Shown piece by piece: positions 1 through 8,795 of a stretch of DNA of 64,000 nucleotides; positions within the stretch are counted from its first letter, which is position 1; each line of letters opens with the position of its first letter. The DNA lies in assembly GCA_910588025.1 (NCBI GenBank), contig CAJUQG010000003.1, positions 8,114 through 72,113 of the forward strand. The letters are read 5' to 3'. Origin of the DNA: an uncultured Bacilli bacterium (GTDB taxonomy: Bacteria > Bacillota_I > Bacilli_A > RF39 > UBA660). The position numbers and the translations under genes are program-made. A model generated the notes under the pieces. It was not told the DNA's origin. It saw nothing but the letters and a program-made list of their open reading frames with translations, and did not search any database.

Positions 1-127
1 CTGTAAACTTAAGAAGTAAAGCTTGCAATGCTACAAAAAGTCGTCAAAAACCAAATTTACAAAAGAAAACGATTAATGGTGAAAAAGTTATTATCAGTGC
101 AAGAGAAGCAAAGAAAGCAAATTAAAA

Positions 128-152
128 CTCCAAATTTGGAGTTTTTTTTGTT
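128..152 (-). terminator. Rho-independent terminator downstream of rpe: palindrome ctccaaatttggag plus T-run
   Basis: Perfect 14-bp palindrome flanked by A8/T8 runs immediately 3' of the rpe stop; reads as hairpin plus U-tract on the minus strand. Confidence 0.5.
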
Positions 153-155
153 GAC

Positions 156-782
156 CTATTTTAATTTTTTTATAGCTTTTTCCATATCATCAGCTTCACA
201 AATATATGAGCCACTTACTATAATATCTGCATATTCACGGACCAAATCAATGGTTTTCTCATTCATACCACCATCCACTTCAATCATAAAATTATAATCT
301 TTTTTTAATTCTTTTAATCTTGCTAATTTCTCAATAGTTTCTGGGATAAATTTTTGTCCTCCTTGACCTGGATGAACACTTAATACTAAAACTAAATCTA
401 TTTTTTTTAAGTAAGGTTCTATTTCTTCAACTAGCGTTTCAGGCGAAATAGCAATACCACATTTTATTCCACTACTTTTGACAAGTTCTATACAATCTTT
501 AATATATTTGGCTGCTTCGAGTTGAAATGTAATAAATTCTGGATTCAGCACTCGTGCATTTTTTATGTGATGTTCAACATCCAAAGTCATCAAATGAATA
601 TCTAATGGCTTTGTTACTTTATTTAATAAAGGCCAAGTCTCTTCCCATGTAAAATTATTATCATCTACAAATAAACCATCCATTAAATCAACATGAAGAT
701 AATCGGCTGTTGTTTTTTCAATTTTTTGAATTGTTTCTTCCTTGGAATAAGGAGTTTTTAAATAAGAAACAGATATATTCAT
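156..782 (-). CDS. rpe: ribulose-phosphate 3-epimerase
   Basis: 208 aa; HVDLMDG...FVDD metal-binding motif, C-terminal GGM/VSGS motifs typical of Rpe; conserved position after rsgA. Confidence 0.9.
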   Translation of the reverse strand: MNISVSYLKTPYSKEETIQKIEKTTADYLHVDLMDGLFVDDNNFTWEETWPLLNKVTKPLDIHLMTLDVEHHIKNARVLNPEFITFQLEAAKYIKDCIELVKSSGIKCGIAISPETLVEEIEPYLKKIDLVLVLSVHPGQGGQKFIPETIEKLARLKELKKDYNFMIEVDGGMNEKTIDLVREYADIIVSGSYICEADDMEKAIKKLK

Positions 783-783
783 C

Positions 784-1617
784 TTACTCTCCCTCTTTCA
801 ATAATTGGCGGTATGATTCATAACGACTTTGTCTAATTTCTCCAATTGCGAGTGCCTCTTTCACACCACAGTCTGGTTCTTCTAAATGATTACAATCACT
901 GTATTTACAATGATATTTTTGAAACTCTTTAAATGCGTTACGAATTTCTTCTTTTTGATATCCTTTTAAATCTAAAGCTGAAAAACCGGGAGTATCCGCG
1001 ATAAAAAAGTCATCTACATGATAAATTTCTGTGTGTCTGGTTGTATGAACTCCACGATTTAAAGCTTCACTAATTGGAGATGTTTTTAATGTTAAATGAG
1101 GATTTAAAGAGTTTAAAAGGGTACTTTTTCCAGCTCCTGTTTGGCCAGTTACAACAACAACTTGATTTTTTAAGGCACTACGAAGCATGGATAAATCTTG
1201 ATTTGTATGAACCATGTATCCTGCTCTTTCATAATCTCGTTTTAGTTCTTGCCACTTTGCTTGTTCTTCTTCTTTTAATAAATCTATTTTGGTAAAGCAA
1301 ATCATTGGTTTTATGTGATTTAAGCTAACAAGAGTTAATAATTTATCAAGAAGATATGGAGAAAAATCTGGTTTTTTTAACGATGTAATAATTAGAGCAA
1401 TATCGACATTAGCAATACTAGGTCGCAATAAATAATTGGTTCGTGGTAAAATACGCATGATATATTTATTTTCTATATCTACTTCACAATAATCTCCTAC
1501 CAGAGGAGTAATTTTGTTTTGACGAAATTTTCCTCTGGCTTGGCAATTGATGTTTTGATTTTCAATATTCACGGTATATAAGTTACTAATAATTCGAATG
1601 ATTTTTCCTGTTTTCAT
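784..1617 (-). CDS. rsgA: ribosome small-subunit-dependent GTPase A (RsgA/YloQ)
   Basis: P-loop GQTGAGKSTLLN, C-terminal Cys cluster CKYSDCNHLEEPDCGV (zinc finger). ORF-track start at 1644 is TTG; ATG at 1617 gives MKTGKII matching the B. subtilis YloQ N-terminus and overlaps the prkC stop (TAATG). Confidence 0.88.
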   Translation of the reverse strand: MKTGKIIRIISNLYTVNIENQNINCQARGKFRQNKITPLVGDYCEVDIENKYIMRILPRTNYLLRPSIANVDIALIITSLKKPDFSPYLLDKLLTLVSLNHIKPMICFTKIDLLKEEEQAKWQELKRDYERAGYMVHTNQDLSMLRSALKNQVVVVTGQTGAGKSTLLNSLNPHLTLKTSPISEALNRGVHTTRHTEIYHVDDFFIADTPGFSALDLKGYQKEEIRNAFKEFQKYHCKYSDCNHLEEPDCGVKEALAIGEIRQSRYESYRQLLKEGE

Positions 1618-3389
1618 TAGCAATCTAATCCTGGAGTTGTACAAATTGGTTCATCGGTTTTATCATCAGGCTCATCAACTTTTGGTTCTACTGCAACATG
1701 AATCGTAATGCTAGCACCTCGAACGATAGGATCTCCAGCTTTTCTTGATTGATAAATAATTGTTCCTTTAGTGTGCGTTGTATCTTCTTTTTCAATGACA
1801 CTTACTGAAACATTATAATCTTTCAAGTAATCTTTGACACGGTCTATGTCGTAGCTTCCATCTGTGAAATCAGGATATTTATCAATATTTGGAATGTAGA
1901 GAGTAATAAAATCTCCTACTGCTAATTTAGAGCCAGCTTCTACTGATTGACCTATGATTTTACCAGATTCGGCATTTTCATCATCGGTAGCTCTTTTTTC
2001 TTCTAAAACGCGAATGCCCTTGCCCTCTAATAAGCCTTTGACATAGTTAAAATCTTGTCCAACATAATTTTCTAGAGTAATCTTAGCGTCACCTTCACTA
2101 ATATATAATGTTACTTCGGTTCCTTTAATTCGTTTACTTCCAATAATAGGATTGGTTTTGACAACTTTTCCTTCTTCAATTTCAGAGGAAGAAACCGTTT
2201 CGATTTCATCTTTTACTTGGAATCCTTCTTCTTGTAATTTTTTCACTGCTTCTTCTTCGGTTAAACCAGCGACATCTGGAATAATCAATTCTTTTTGTTT
2301 GGTTAGAGCTGGTATTAATAGAACTACAGAAGTAATAATTACTACCAATCCTGTGAAAATAGCTGCTAAAACTATTAAAAATTTATTTTGTTTTTTTAAA
2401 TCTGATTTGGTAATTTGCTTTGCGATAGGTTCTTCACCACTCTCTTTTTTGGTTTCTTTTTCTAATACTTTTTCTTCTTTTTTGGAAGAATTCGACTTTT
2501 TACTTTTTGAACTTTCGTCTATATTCTCTGGATATTCTAACGTAATTTTGGGTTCATTTTTTCTTGAGTCATCTAAACAGGTAAGTAAATCTTCGTGCAT
2601 TTCTCGAGCATCAGCATAACGATTTTTAGGATTTTTGGAACTAGCACGAATGATGATATTTTCGATACTTTGAGGTAAATCTGGTAAATCTTCTTTAATA
2701 CTTGGTAAGCTTTCTTTTAAATGTTTTAAAGCAATTTCAACAGCATTATCTCCTTTGTATGGCAATTTTCCTGTTAATAATTCATACATTAAAATTCCCA
2801 TAGAATAAATATCACTTTGCAAAGTGGAACCCCTGCCGTTTGCTTGCTCTGGTGGAAGATAATGAACACTTCCCATGACAGAATTTGTTTGGGTAAGTTG
2901 CGTAGCATTCATGGCCATGGCAATTCCGAAGTCGGTAATTTTTACTACACCATTTTCTTGAATCATAATATTTTGTGGTTTGATGTCACGATGAATAATA
3001 TAAGCATCATGCGCAACACTCATTCCGTCGGTAATTTGGAGCATGATATCAATGACTTCTGAAAGAGTTAATTTTCCACGTTTTTTTAATAATTCTTTTA
3101 AGTGTTTTCCTTCAATGTATTCCATTACAATATAATATTGATTGTTGTCTTCACCAACATCATAAACTTCGACAATATTAGGATGACTTAAACTACTTGC
3201 TGATAGAGCTTCTCTTTGAAAACGACGAACAAATTTTTCATCCGTTGCCAAGTCCCCTCTTAGGACTTTTACTGCGACATTACGGTCTAATATCGTATCA
3301 TAAGCAAGATATACATTAGCCATTCCACCTTCACCAATGGATTTAATGATTTGATAACGATCACTAATCTTTTGCCCCTTCATGATCAT
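1617..3389 (-). CDS. prkC: Ser/Thr protein kinase with PASTA repeats (PrkC-like)
   Basis: Hanks kinase motifs (GEGGMANVY, VAVK, HRDIKPQN, DFG, SVHYLPPE), TM segment, C-terminal PASTA-like repeats; 4-nt overlap with stp. Confidence 0.9.
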   Translation of the reverse strand: MIMKGQKISDRYQIIKSIGEGGMANVYLAYDTILDRNVAVKVLRGDLATDEKFVRRFQREALSASSLSHPNIVEVYDVGEDNNQYYIVMEYIEGKHLKELLKKRGKLTLSEVIDIMLQITDGMSVAHDAYIIHRDIKPQNIMIQENGVVKITDFGIAMAMNATQLTQTNSVMGSVHYLPPEQANGRGSTLQSDIYSMGILMYELLTGKLPYKGDNAVEIALKHLKESLPSIKEDLPDLPQSIENIIIRASSKNPKNRYADAREMHEDLLTCLDDSRKNEPKITLEYPENIDESSKSKKSNSSKKEEKVLEKETKKESGEEPIAKQITKSDLKKQNKFLIVLAAIFTGLVVIITSVVLLIPALTKQKELIIPDVAGLTEEEAVKKLQEEGFQVKDEIETVSSSEIEEGKVVKTNPIIGSKRIKGTEVTLYISEGDAKITLENYVGQDFNYVKGLLEGKGIRVLEEKRATDDENAESGKIIGQSVEAGSKLAVGDFITLYIPNIDKYPDFTDGSYDIDRVKDYLKDYNVSVSVIEKEDTTHTKGTIIYQSRKAGDPIVRGASITIHVAVEPKVDEPDDKTDEPICTTPGLDC

Positions 3390-4132
3390 TTCGTTTCACC
3401 ACTTTCTAAACTTAAATAAGCGACAGAAATATTATCCGTTCCCCCTCTAGCATTACTTTTACGGATTAATTTAATGATTTTTTCTTCAATTTCTAATTCG
3501 TTATCATCTAGCACTTTTTCAATTTGCTCATTGGTTAACATATTCGTTAAACCATCACTACATAAGAAAATCCCTTCGATATCTGTTTCAACATCAAAGA
3601 TATCTAATTCGGCTTTTTCTGAAGCCCCAAGAGCCTTCATTAAAACATTTTTTTTCGGATGAAATTTAGCTTCTTCTTCGGTTAAGTCTCCCGCTTGTAC
3701 TAATAAATTTACTAAGGTATGATCTTTGGTTATTTTGTGTAGTTTTTGGCTTTTTAATACAAAACCTGAGGAATCGCCAATATTACCAAAAATAAGGTAT
3801 TCTTTCGTTAATAGCGCAACTACTAATGTGGTACCTAACCCTTTTGAATCAGGATTGGTTTCGGCATAATTTAAAATATTTTTGTTGATTTCATTGACAT
3901 TATCAGTTAACCAATTGACAGCATCCAATTTAGAGCCAACACTACTTATACTTGTAAAACGTTTTCCTAAATGGGTTACTGCCATACTAGATGCTACTTC
4001 TCCAGCACGATGACCACCCATGCCATCCGCAACAATTAATAAATATTCGTTATTCCCATTTTTTAAAATGGTGACACTATCTTCATTATGACTTCTTACT
4101 TTTCCTGCATCTGTTAAATAAAATGATTTCAT
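3386..4132 (-). CDS. stp: PP2C-family Ser/Thr phosphatase (Stp/PrpC)
   Basis: 248 aa; ADGMGGH, DGLT motifs of PPM phosphatases; canonical partner upstream of prkC. Confidence 0.9.
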   Translation of the reverse strand: MKSFYLTDAGKVRSHNEDSVTILKNGNNEYLLIVADGMGGHRAGEVASSMAVTHLGKRFTSISSVGSKLDAVNWLTDNVNEINKNILNYAETNPDSKGLGTTLVVALLTKEYLIFGNIGDSSGFVLKSQKLHKITKDHTLVNLLVQAGDLTEEEAKFHPKKNVLMKALGASEKAELDIFDVETDIEGIFLCSDGLTNMLTNEQIEKVLDDNELEIEEKIIKLIRKSNARGGTDNISVAYLSLESGETK

Positions 4133-5152
4133 TTAATTCACCTCTTTGCTTCTTAGTTGCCCACAGGCAGCAGAGATTTTACTTCCAAATTCTTTTCTTA
4201 TGGTTACATTAATCTTATTCTTTTTGAGCGTATCATAAAACTTCATTATTTGGGAATGATTACTTTTTTTGAATTCTAAATGATTGGTTTCATTATAAGG
4301 AATTAAGTTTACATAAACATTTAAACCACGCAACAATCGCGCTAATTCTTCCGCATTTTTTATGCCATCATTTACATTATTTAGCATAACATATTCTATT
4401 GTTACTCGTCTATTGGTTTTGTCAATATACTCTTTGATTGTGTCAATTAGAATGTCTAAATTGTACGCTTTATTTACTTGCATTAATTGTGATCTTAAAT
4501 CATTATTAGAAGCATGTAAACTTATCGCTAAATTTATTTGTAAAGGTAATGTCATCAGCTGTTTTATTTGAGGGATTAAACCACAAGTTGAAAGGGTTAT
4601 ATGACGAGCTCCAATAGCAATAGCTTTGGCATCGTTAATGATCTTAATAAAACGAATTACATTTTCATAATTATCAAGAGGTTCTCCTATACCCATGATA
4701 ACAATACTAGATATTCTCTCTTCGATTAATTTTTCAATTAAAAGGATTTGGCAAACCATTTCATAGGTTTCTAAATTACGAATTTTTTTTAAGCGTCCCG
4801 ATTCACAAAAAGCACACCCCATATTGCATCCTACTTGACTGGATACACAAACCGAATTACCATAATCATGACGCATTAAAACGGCTTCAATATGTTCATT
4901 ATCTGCTAGTTCAATTAAATATTTTTCTGTTAATTCATCTTGTTCTCGTTTTATAATTTTGGGCATAGTAAAAGCAAAGTCATGCGCTATTTTTTCACGA
5001 AGTTCTTTTTTGATATTGGACCAATTTTCAAGATTTGGTTCTCTTTTTTGATATAACCATTCTAAAACTTGGACTGCTTTAAATTTCTTTTCACCCATTG
5101 ATAAAAAATAGGTTTCAAGATCTTCTCTTGTTTCACTGTATATATTTTTCAT
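4133..5152 (-). CDS. rlmN: 23S rRNA/tRNA (adenine-C2) methyltransferase, radical SAM
   Basis: CNMGCAFCESG radical-SAM cysteine motif, second conserved Cys (LSTCG); adjacent to stp/prkC as in other Firmicutes. Confidence 0.9.
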   Translation of the reverse strand: MKNIYSETREDLETYFLSMGEKKFKAVQVLEWLYQKREPNLENWSNIKKELREKIAHDFAFTMPKIIKREQDELTEKYLIELADNEHIEAVLMRHDYGNSVCVSSQVGCNMGCAFCESGRLKKIRNLETYEMVCQILLIEKLIEERISSIVIMGIGEPLDNYENVIRFIKIINDAKAIAIGARHITLSTCGLIPQIKQLMTLPLQINLAISLHASNNDLRSQLMQVNKAYNLDILIDTIKEYIDKTNRRVTIEYVMLNNVNDGIKNAEELARLLRGLNVYVNLIPYNETNHLEFKKSNHSQIMKFYDTLKKNKINVTIRKEFGSKISAACGQLRSKEVN

Positions 5153-5166
5153 AAGACATCTATTAT

Positions 5167-5172
5167 ATTATA
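5167..5172 (-). promoter_or_regulatory. candidate extended -10 (TGgTATAAT) for the rlmN-stp-prkC-rsgA-rpe operon
   Basis: Minus-strand TGGTATAAT about 15 nt upstream of the rlmN ATG in a 95-bp divergent intergenic region. Confidence 0.35.
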
Positions 5173-5221
5173 CCAAAAATTTACTTTTCTTACGAAAAAA
5201 TGCGCAAGAAAAACGTTTTTT

Positions 5222-5230
5222 TGTTATAAT
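5222..5230 (+). promoter_or_regulatory. candidate extended -10 (TGtTATAAT) for the plus-strand coiled-coil gene
   Basis: TGTTATAAT 18 nt upstream of the ATG at 5248, followed by a GAGG RBS. Confidence 0.35.
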
Positions 5231-5247
5231 ACTTTCGAGGTATTTTT

Positions 5248-6021
5248 ATGATTCGAATGCAAACTAGTCAACTATGGGACCTAATTTATCAAGATAAAAA
5301 ATTAAAACAAGAATTAGAAGAACAATTAAAAGAAGTTAGAACAAAACGAGACAATTGTTATGCAATTTTTTTAGAACAATTTAAAGTTGTCCAAAAAATA
5401 CAAGACGAAGAAAAAAAGATAATGAAAAATATTCAAGAACATGAAGACACAATTTTAAAATTTCATCATCGTATTAGTATGCTAGAGATACAAATTATAA
5501 TGGCTGAAAAAAGAAAAAATAAAATATTAAAAGCTTTGCAAACTTGTCAAGATGAAGAAAGGAAAGTTAAATTCTTGAAAGAATTACAAAGTGTTACAAA
5601 CGATATAGGAACATATCAATCTAAACAAGAAGAATTACGAAGTCATATTCATTTGGAAGAGAAAGAAATTGAAAAAGAAACGAAACAAAGAAAAGAGAAA
5701 CAACAGCAGTTAAGTGAGGAGAAGCAACAGCTTGTCACATGCGAAAAAAATGTGGCAGAATGGGATATTGAACTGGAAACGAAACAAAATGTTTTTTATC
5801 AAAATACCTTTGAAAAACTGAATGAAAATTATCATTTGTTACAAGAATTTGTTGTAAGAAACATTCAAGGAAAAAAGAAAATTACCAAAGAGGAAGCCAA
5901 AAAAAAGACCGATGCGGTCATTTTTGAGAATGAAGAAACTATTTCTATTGATCCTCCTGGGAAAGTTCGACGTCTTACCAAAGATGAAAAGGAAAAATGG
6001 AGCAATGTCGAAGAATTATAA
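5248..6021 (+). CDS. hypothetical K/E-rich coiled-coil protein
   Basis: 257 aa, strongly charged heptad-like composition, no catalytic motifs; only plus-strand gene in the first 26 kb; own promoter and RBS. Confidence 0.6.
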   Translation: MIRMQTSQLWDLIYQDKKLKQELEEQLKEVRTKRDNCYAIFLEQFKVVQKIQDEEKKIMKNIQEHEDTILKFHHRISMLEIQIIMAEKRKNKILKALQTCQDEERKVKFLKELQSVTNDIGTYQSKQEELRSHIHLEEKEIEKETKQRKEKQQQLSEEKQQLVTCEKNVAEWDIELETKQNVFYQNTFEKLNENYHLLQEFVVRNIQGKKKITKEEAKKKTDAVIFENEETISIDPPGKVRRLTKDEKEKWSNVEEL

Positions 6022-6252
6022 CTTCGACTTTTTTTCATCCCAACTTTCAAATGGGTCCAAGTTATGCTTCTTTTCCCAAACAATATGAGCATCACGTGCA
6101 TTTTTGACGGCTGGACATCCAAAATTATTAGTACAACTTGCACCATCAGTGACGATGAAGAATGGTAAATGATATTTTTCAGCAAGAATTTTTACTTCTT
6201 GGCAAAACTCCCTAGCTTTTTGAATTTTTTCGGTGAAATGTTCATGATTCAT
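6016..6252 (-). CDS. small conserved hypothetical protein (Cys-containing, ~78 aa)
   Basis: ORF 6016..6303 starts at TTG; internal ATG at 6252 is preceded by AAGGAGAG and lies 8 nt after the upstream gene stop. Contains FFIVTDGASCTNNFGCP. Confidence 0.5.
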   Translation of the reverse strand: MNHEHFTEKIQKAREFCQEVKILAEKYHLPFFIVTDGASCTNNFGCPAVKNARDAHIVWEKKHNLDPFESWDEKKSKL

Positions 6253-6769
6253 ATTTTCGATACTCTCCTTGATAGATTTCATGACCAATGGCAAAATTTT
6301 CAAAGTCTTTGGGCTTTACAAAGTAACTTTTTTTGGAAAAAGCATAAACACCACTTTCCTCTAAAAGATTGGCAATAAAATAACTACAAACATAATGATT
6401 TTTTAAACGAATTGGTATTTTGAAATAACGGAAAACTAAGCCAATAAAATCGTATTTATAACGAGTTTTATGTCTTGCCATTTCCCCAATTATTTTTTGA
6501 ATCCGTTGATATTTTTCTTCCTCAATATCTATTTCATAAATTTTACAAGTTGTTTGATGAAAGGCTTGAAAAAATGGGCCTTTTTTCTTTTCAATGGTAA
6601 AACCACTATTTAATATAGAATGAATATTTCTTCGTCCAAAACTATAAAGCGTATTGCATTCTTTTTCAAAAGATAATGCAACATGGCTATAATTTGCCCG
6701 CGTGGCCAATTTAATTAATTTAGCGGGTATGGTTCTGGTGTGCATTAAAATAATATATATTTTACTCAT
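6242..6769 (-). CDS. putative permuted papain-fold (YiiX/DUF830-like) hydrolase
   Basis: 175 aa; conserved His region (ANYSHVALSF) and C-terminal C-S-x-F-[IV] motif (HYVCSYFIANLL) reminiscent of YaeF/YiiX permuted NlpC/P60-like enzymes. Tentative. Confidence 0.4.
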   Translation of the reverse strand: MSKIYIILMHTRTIPAKLIKLATRANYSHVALSFEKECNTLYSFGRRNIHSILNSGFTIEKKKGPFFQAFHQTTCKIYEIDIEEEKYQRIQKIIGEMARHKTRYKYDFIGLVFRYFKIPIRLKNHYVCSYFIANLLEESGVYAFSKKSYFVKPKDFENFAIGHEIYQGEYRKYES

Positions 6770-6820
6770 AAAACTGCTCCTACAAGTAAGATTATATCAA
6801 GAATTAAAGTAGAAAAAAAG

Positions 6821-7639
6821 TCAAATTGATTTATCCTTTGACTCTAAATAGTTGATACGAATGGAACCTACTCCACCTTCTATTTTTAAAATATTTTCTC
6901 CATTACCTAAAGTAACATCTTTGTTATAGGTTACATCATTTACTTCGATACTACCAATTCCTTTTTGAATAATGAATTGATAATTAGAGACATTTCCTAG
7001 ATGAAGATTTACTTCTCCAATTCCACAATTGATTTCACTTTTTCCGTAAATTTCACTATCTATTTGTACTTTTCCTATGCCAGCATCTAAGTCAAGATTA
7101 CGTAACAAAGAAGAAGAAATATTAATTTCACCAGCTCCACCATTCAAATTTGTTTCTTGAAAGTTGGAATGATCTATTTTTAGAAGACCAGCTCCAGCGT
7201 CTAACTTTAATTCGTGAGCAGTAATATTTGAAATGTCAATTCTACCAGCACCGCAATCAATATCTAATTCTTCTAATAACATACTCTGAGGAATTGTAAG
7301 GATGATTTCCCCACTTTGATGATGCCAGAACCAAGAATGATGTTCTTCAATTTTTAAAGTGTTATTATTTAATACTTTGGAAGTAAAACGATTACTAACA
7401 TCAGTGGCTTCTACTTTCAGTTCATCCCCTAATAGCACTTTCACACTGGCAGCATTGATATCTAACTTTATTTTTTTGACCTGTTCATAGGTTTCTACAA
7501 AATGTTTCCCTTCTTGATGATTGGGATGAAAACCGCCGATAAAACTAAGTCCCATAAAAATGGCGTTTACTATATTAATAATGATAAAGACCGCTAAACA
7601 GATGGCAGCAATTTTAATGGCTTTTTGTCCACTATTCAT
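6821..7639 (-). CDS. DUF4097 (LiaG-like putative adhesin/beta-helix) membrane-anchored protein
   Basis: N-terminal TM, then repeated [DN]xG[AI]G-x-[IV]-x-[IV] units (DCGAGRIDIS, DAGAGLLKID, NGGAGEINIS, DAGIGKVQID, NCGIGEVNL) typical of DUF4097; 4-nt overlap with upstream gene. Confidence 0.7.
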   Translation of the reverse strand: MNSGQKAIKIAAICLAVFIIINIVNAIFMGLSFIGGFHPNHQEGKHFVETYEQVKKIKLDINAASVKVLLGDELKVEATDVSNRFTSKVLNNNTLKIEEHHSWFWHHQSGEIILTIPQSMLLEELDIDCGAGRIDISNITAHELKLDAGAGLLKIDHSNFQETNLNGGAGEINISSSLLRNLDLDAGIGKVQIDSEIYGKSEINCGIGEVNLHLGNVSNYQFIIQKGIGSIEVNDVTYNKDVTLGNGENILKIEGGVGSIRINYLESKDKSI

Positions 7640-8310
7640 TTAATCTCCACTCCTCCGAATAGGCAAAATGTTTCAATATAAATTGTTTTTTTGCTATCTT
7701 TTTGATGTTTGGTATGATTGGATACTCCTCCAAAAATGGATGTCGATTTTACTTTTACTTCGATATCTTTGGGCGTAATAATGGTAATTCCACCAAAAAT
7801 AGAACTTGCTTTTATCATAGTTTCTTCTTTTAATTTCGCATGACTTATATCTAAAGAAATACCACCAAAAACAGCATCTAAATTAGCTCCTTCAAAGGAT
7901 TCATCTTCTTTGGTTATTTTTTGTTCGGTAAAGGTTGCTACAATATTTTCTAGGCCATCTTTCACATGATTCATTTTTTCTGTAATGCTTTTTTGTAAGG
8001 TGTTTTTAAAAATCATTGATAAACCAATCATTATTAGGATAAATGGAACAATTAATTTGGCAATATATTCGAAAGGAATGAATCCTCTGGCACTACACAA
8101 AAGGGCAAGTCCAATGATTAGTCCAATCACATTTCCTACTTTACCTTCTTTTTCATTAAATAAGCCAATGAAACAAGGAATGATAATAAAAAGTGTCCAA
8201 AAGCCTTCAAAAAAAATATTAATTCTGGTAATCTCTAAACTATTTAAGCCAATTATTACCCCTATCGCAATCAGAACAATTCCCCACATCGTTTTACTTA
8301 ACGTATTCAT
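7636..8310 (-). CDS. LiaF-like membrane protein (C-terminal DUF2154 domain)
   Basis: N-terminal multi-TM, C-terminal repeated ...IFGG[IV]... beta-strand motifs as in LiaF/YvqF; ATG at 8310 (ORF-track start 8319 is TTG). Confidence 0.65.
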   Translation of the reverse strand: MNTLSKTMWGIVLIAIGVIIGLNSLEITRINIFFEGFWTLFIIIPCFIGLFNEKEGKVGNVIGLIIGLALLCSARGFIPFEYIAKLIVPFILIMIGLSMIFKNTLQKSITEKMNHVKDGLENIVATFTEQKITKEDESFEGANLDAVFGGISLDISHAKLKEETMIKASSIFGGITIITPKDIEVKVKSTSIFGGVSNHTKHQKDSKKTIYIETFCLFGGVEIK

Positions 8311-8348
8311 AAACTTCAACTCTTTTCTAAAAAGATTATATCATTAAT

Positions 8349-8380
8349 CTTAATAAAAAAAATAGACTATTTATAGCCTA
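8349..8380 (-). terminator. candidate terminator after the rhodanese gene
   Basis: Imperfect 10-bp inverted repeat aatagactat/atagcctatt followed on the minus strand by a T8 run, immediately 3' of the stop at 8388. Confidence 0.4.
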
Positions 8381-8387
8381 TTAACAC

Positions 8388-8723
8388 TTATTTTGTTGTT
8401 TTGGGTAAATCTATCTTAGCAATTCCACCCAAATCGTAAACTGTATATCCCATTGCAACTAACGAATCGTATGCTATTTTACTTCGTCCACCACTATAAC
8501 AATAAACAAAAATCATTTTATCTTTAGTAGTATTTATCTTTTCTGCGATTTCTTCATATGGAATATTGATAGCATCTTTGATATGTTCTTCATCATATTC
8601 TTCTTTGGTTCTTACATCAATAATTACATAGTCGTTTTCCGCCATTAGCTTTTTATATTCTGCCGTTTTATTACACCCACAAATGCAAAAACAACATAAT
8701 AAAATAATGAATACTTTCTTCAT
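8388..8723 (-). CDS. rhodanese-domain lipoprotein (sulfurtransferase)
   Basis: 111 aa; lipoprotein-type signal with Cys cluster (LLCCFCICGC), rhodanese active-site loop VYCYSGGRS. Confidence 0.8.
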   Translation of the reverse strand: MKKVFIILLCCFCICGCNKTAEYKKLMAENDYVIIDVRTKEEYDEEHIKDAINIPYEEIAEKINTTKDKMIFVYCYSGGRSKIAYDSLVAMGYTVYDLGGIAKIDLPKTTK

Positions 8724-8795
8724 TTTCTTCCTTCTTTTCTAAATTCATTTTGGTATTTTTTATTATATCACTAATACCAAAAAGAAAAAAGAGGG

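Noticed and set aside
28-297. 89-aa plus-strand ORF at the window start
   Set aside because: It overlaps the rpe coding region and the rpe terminator, has low-complexity composition and no RBS.
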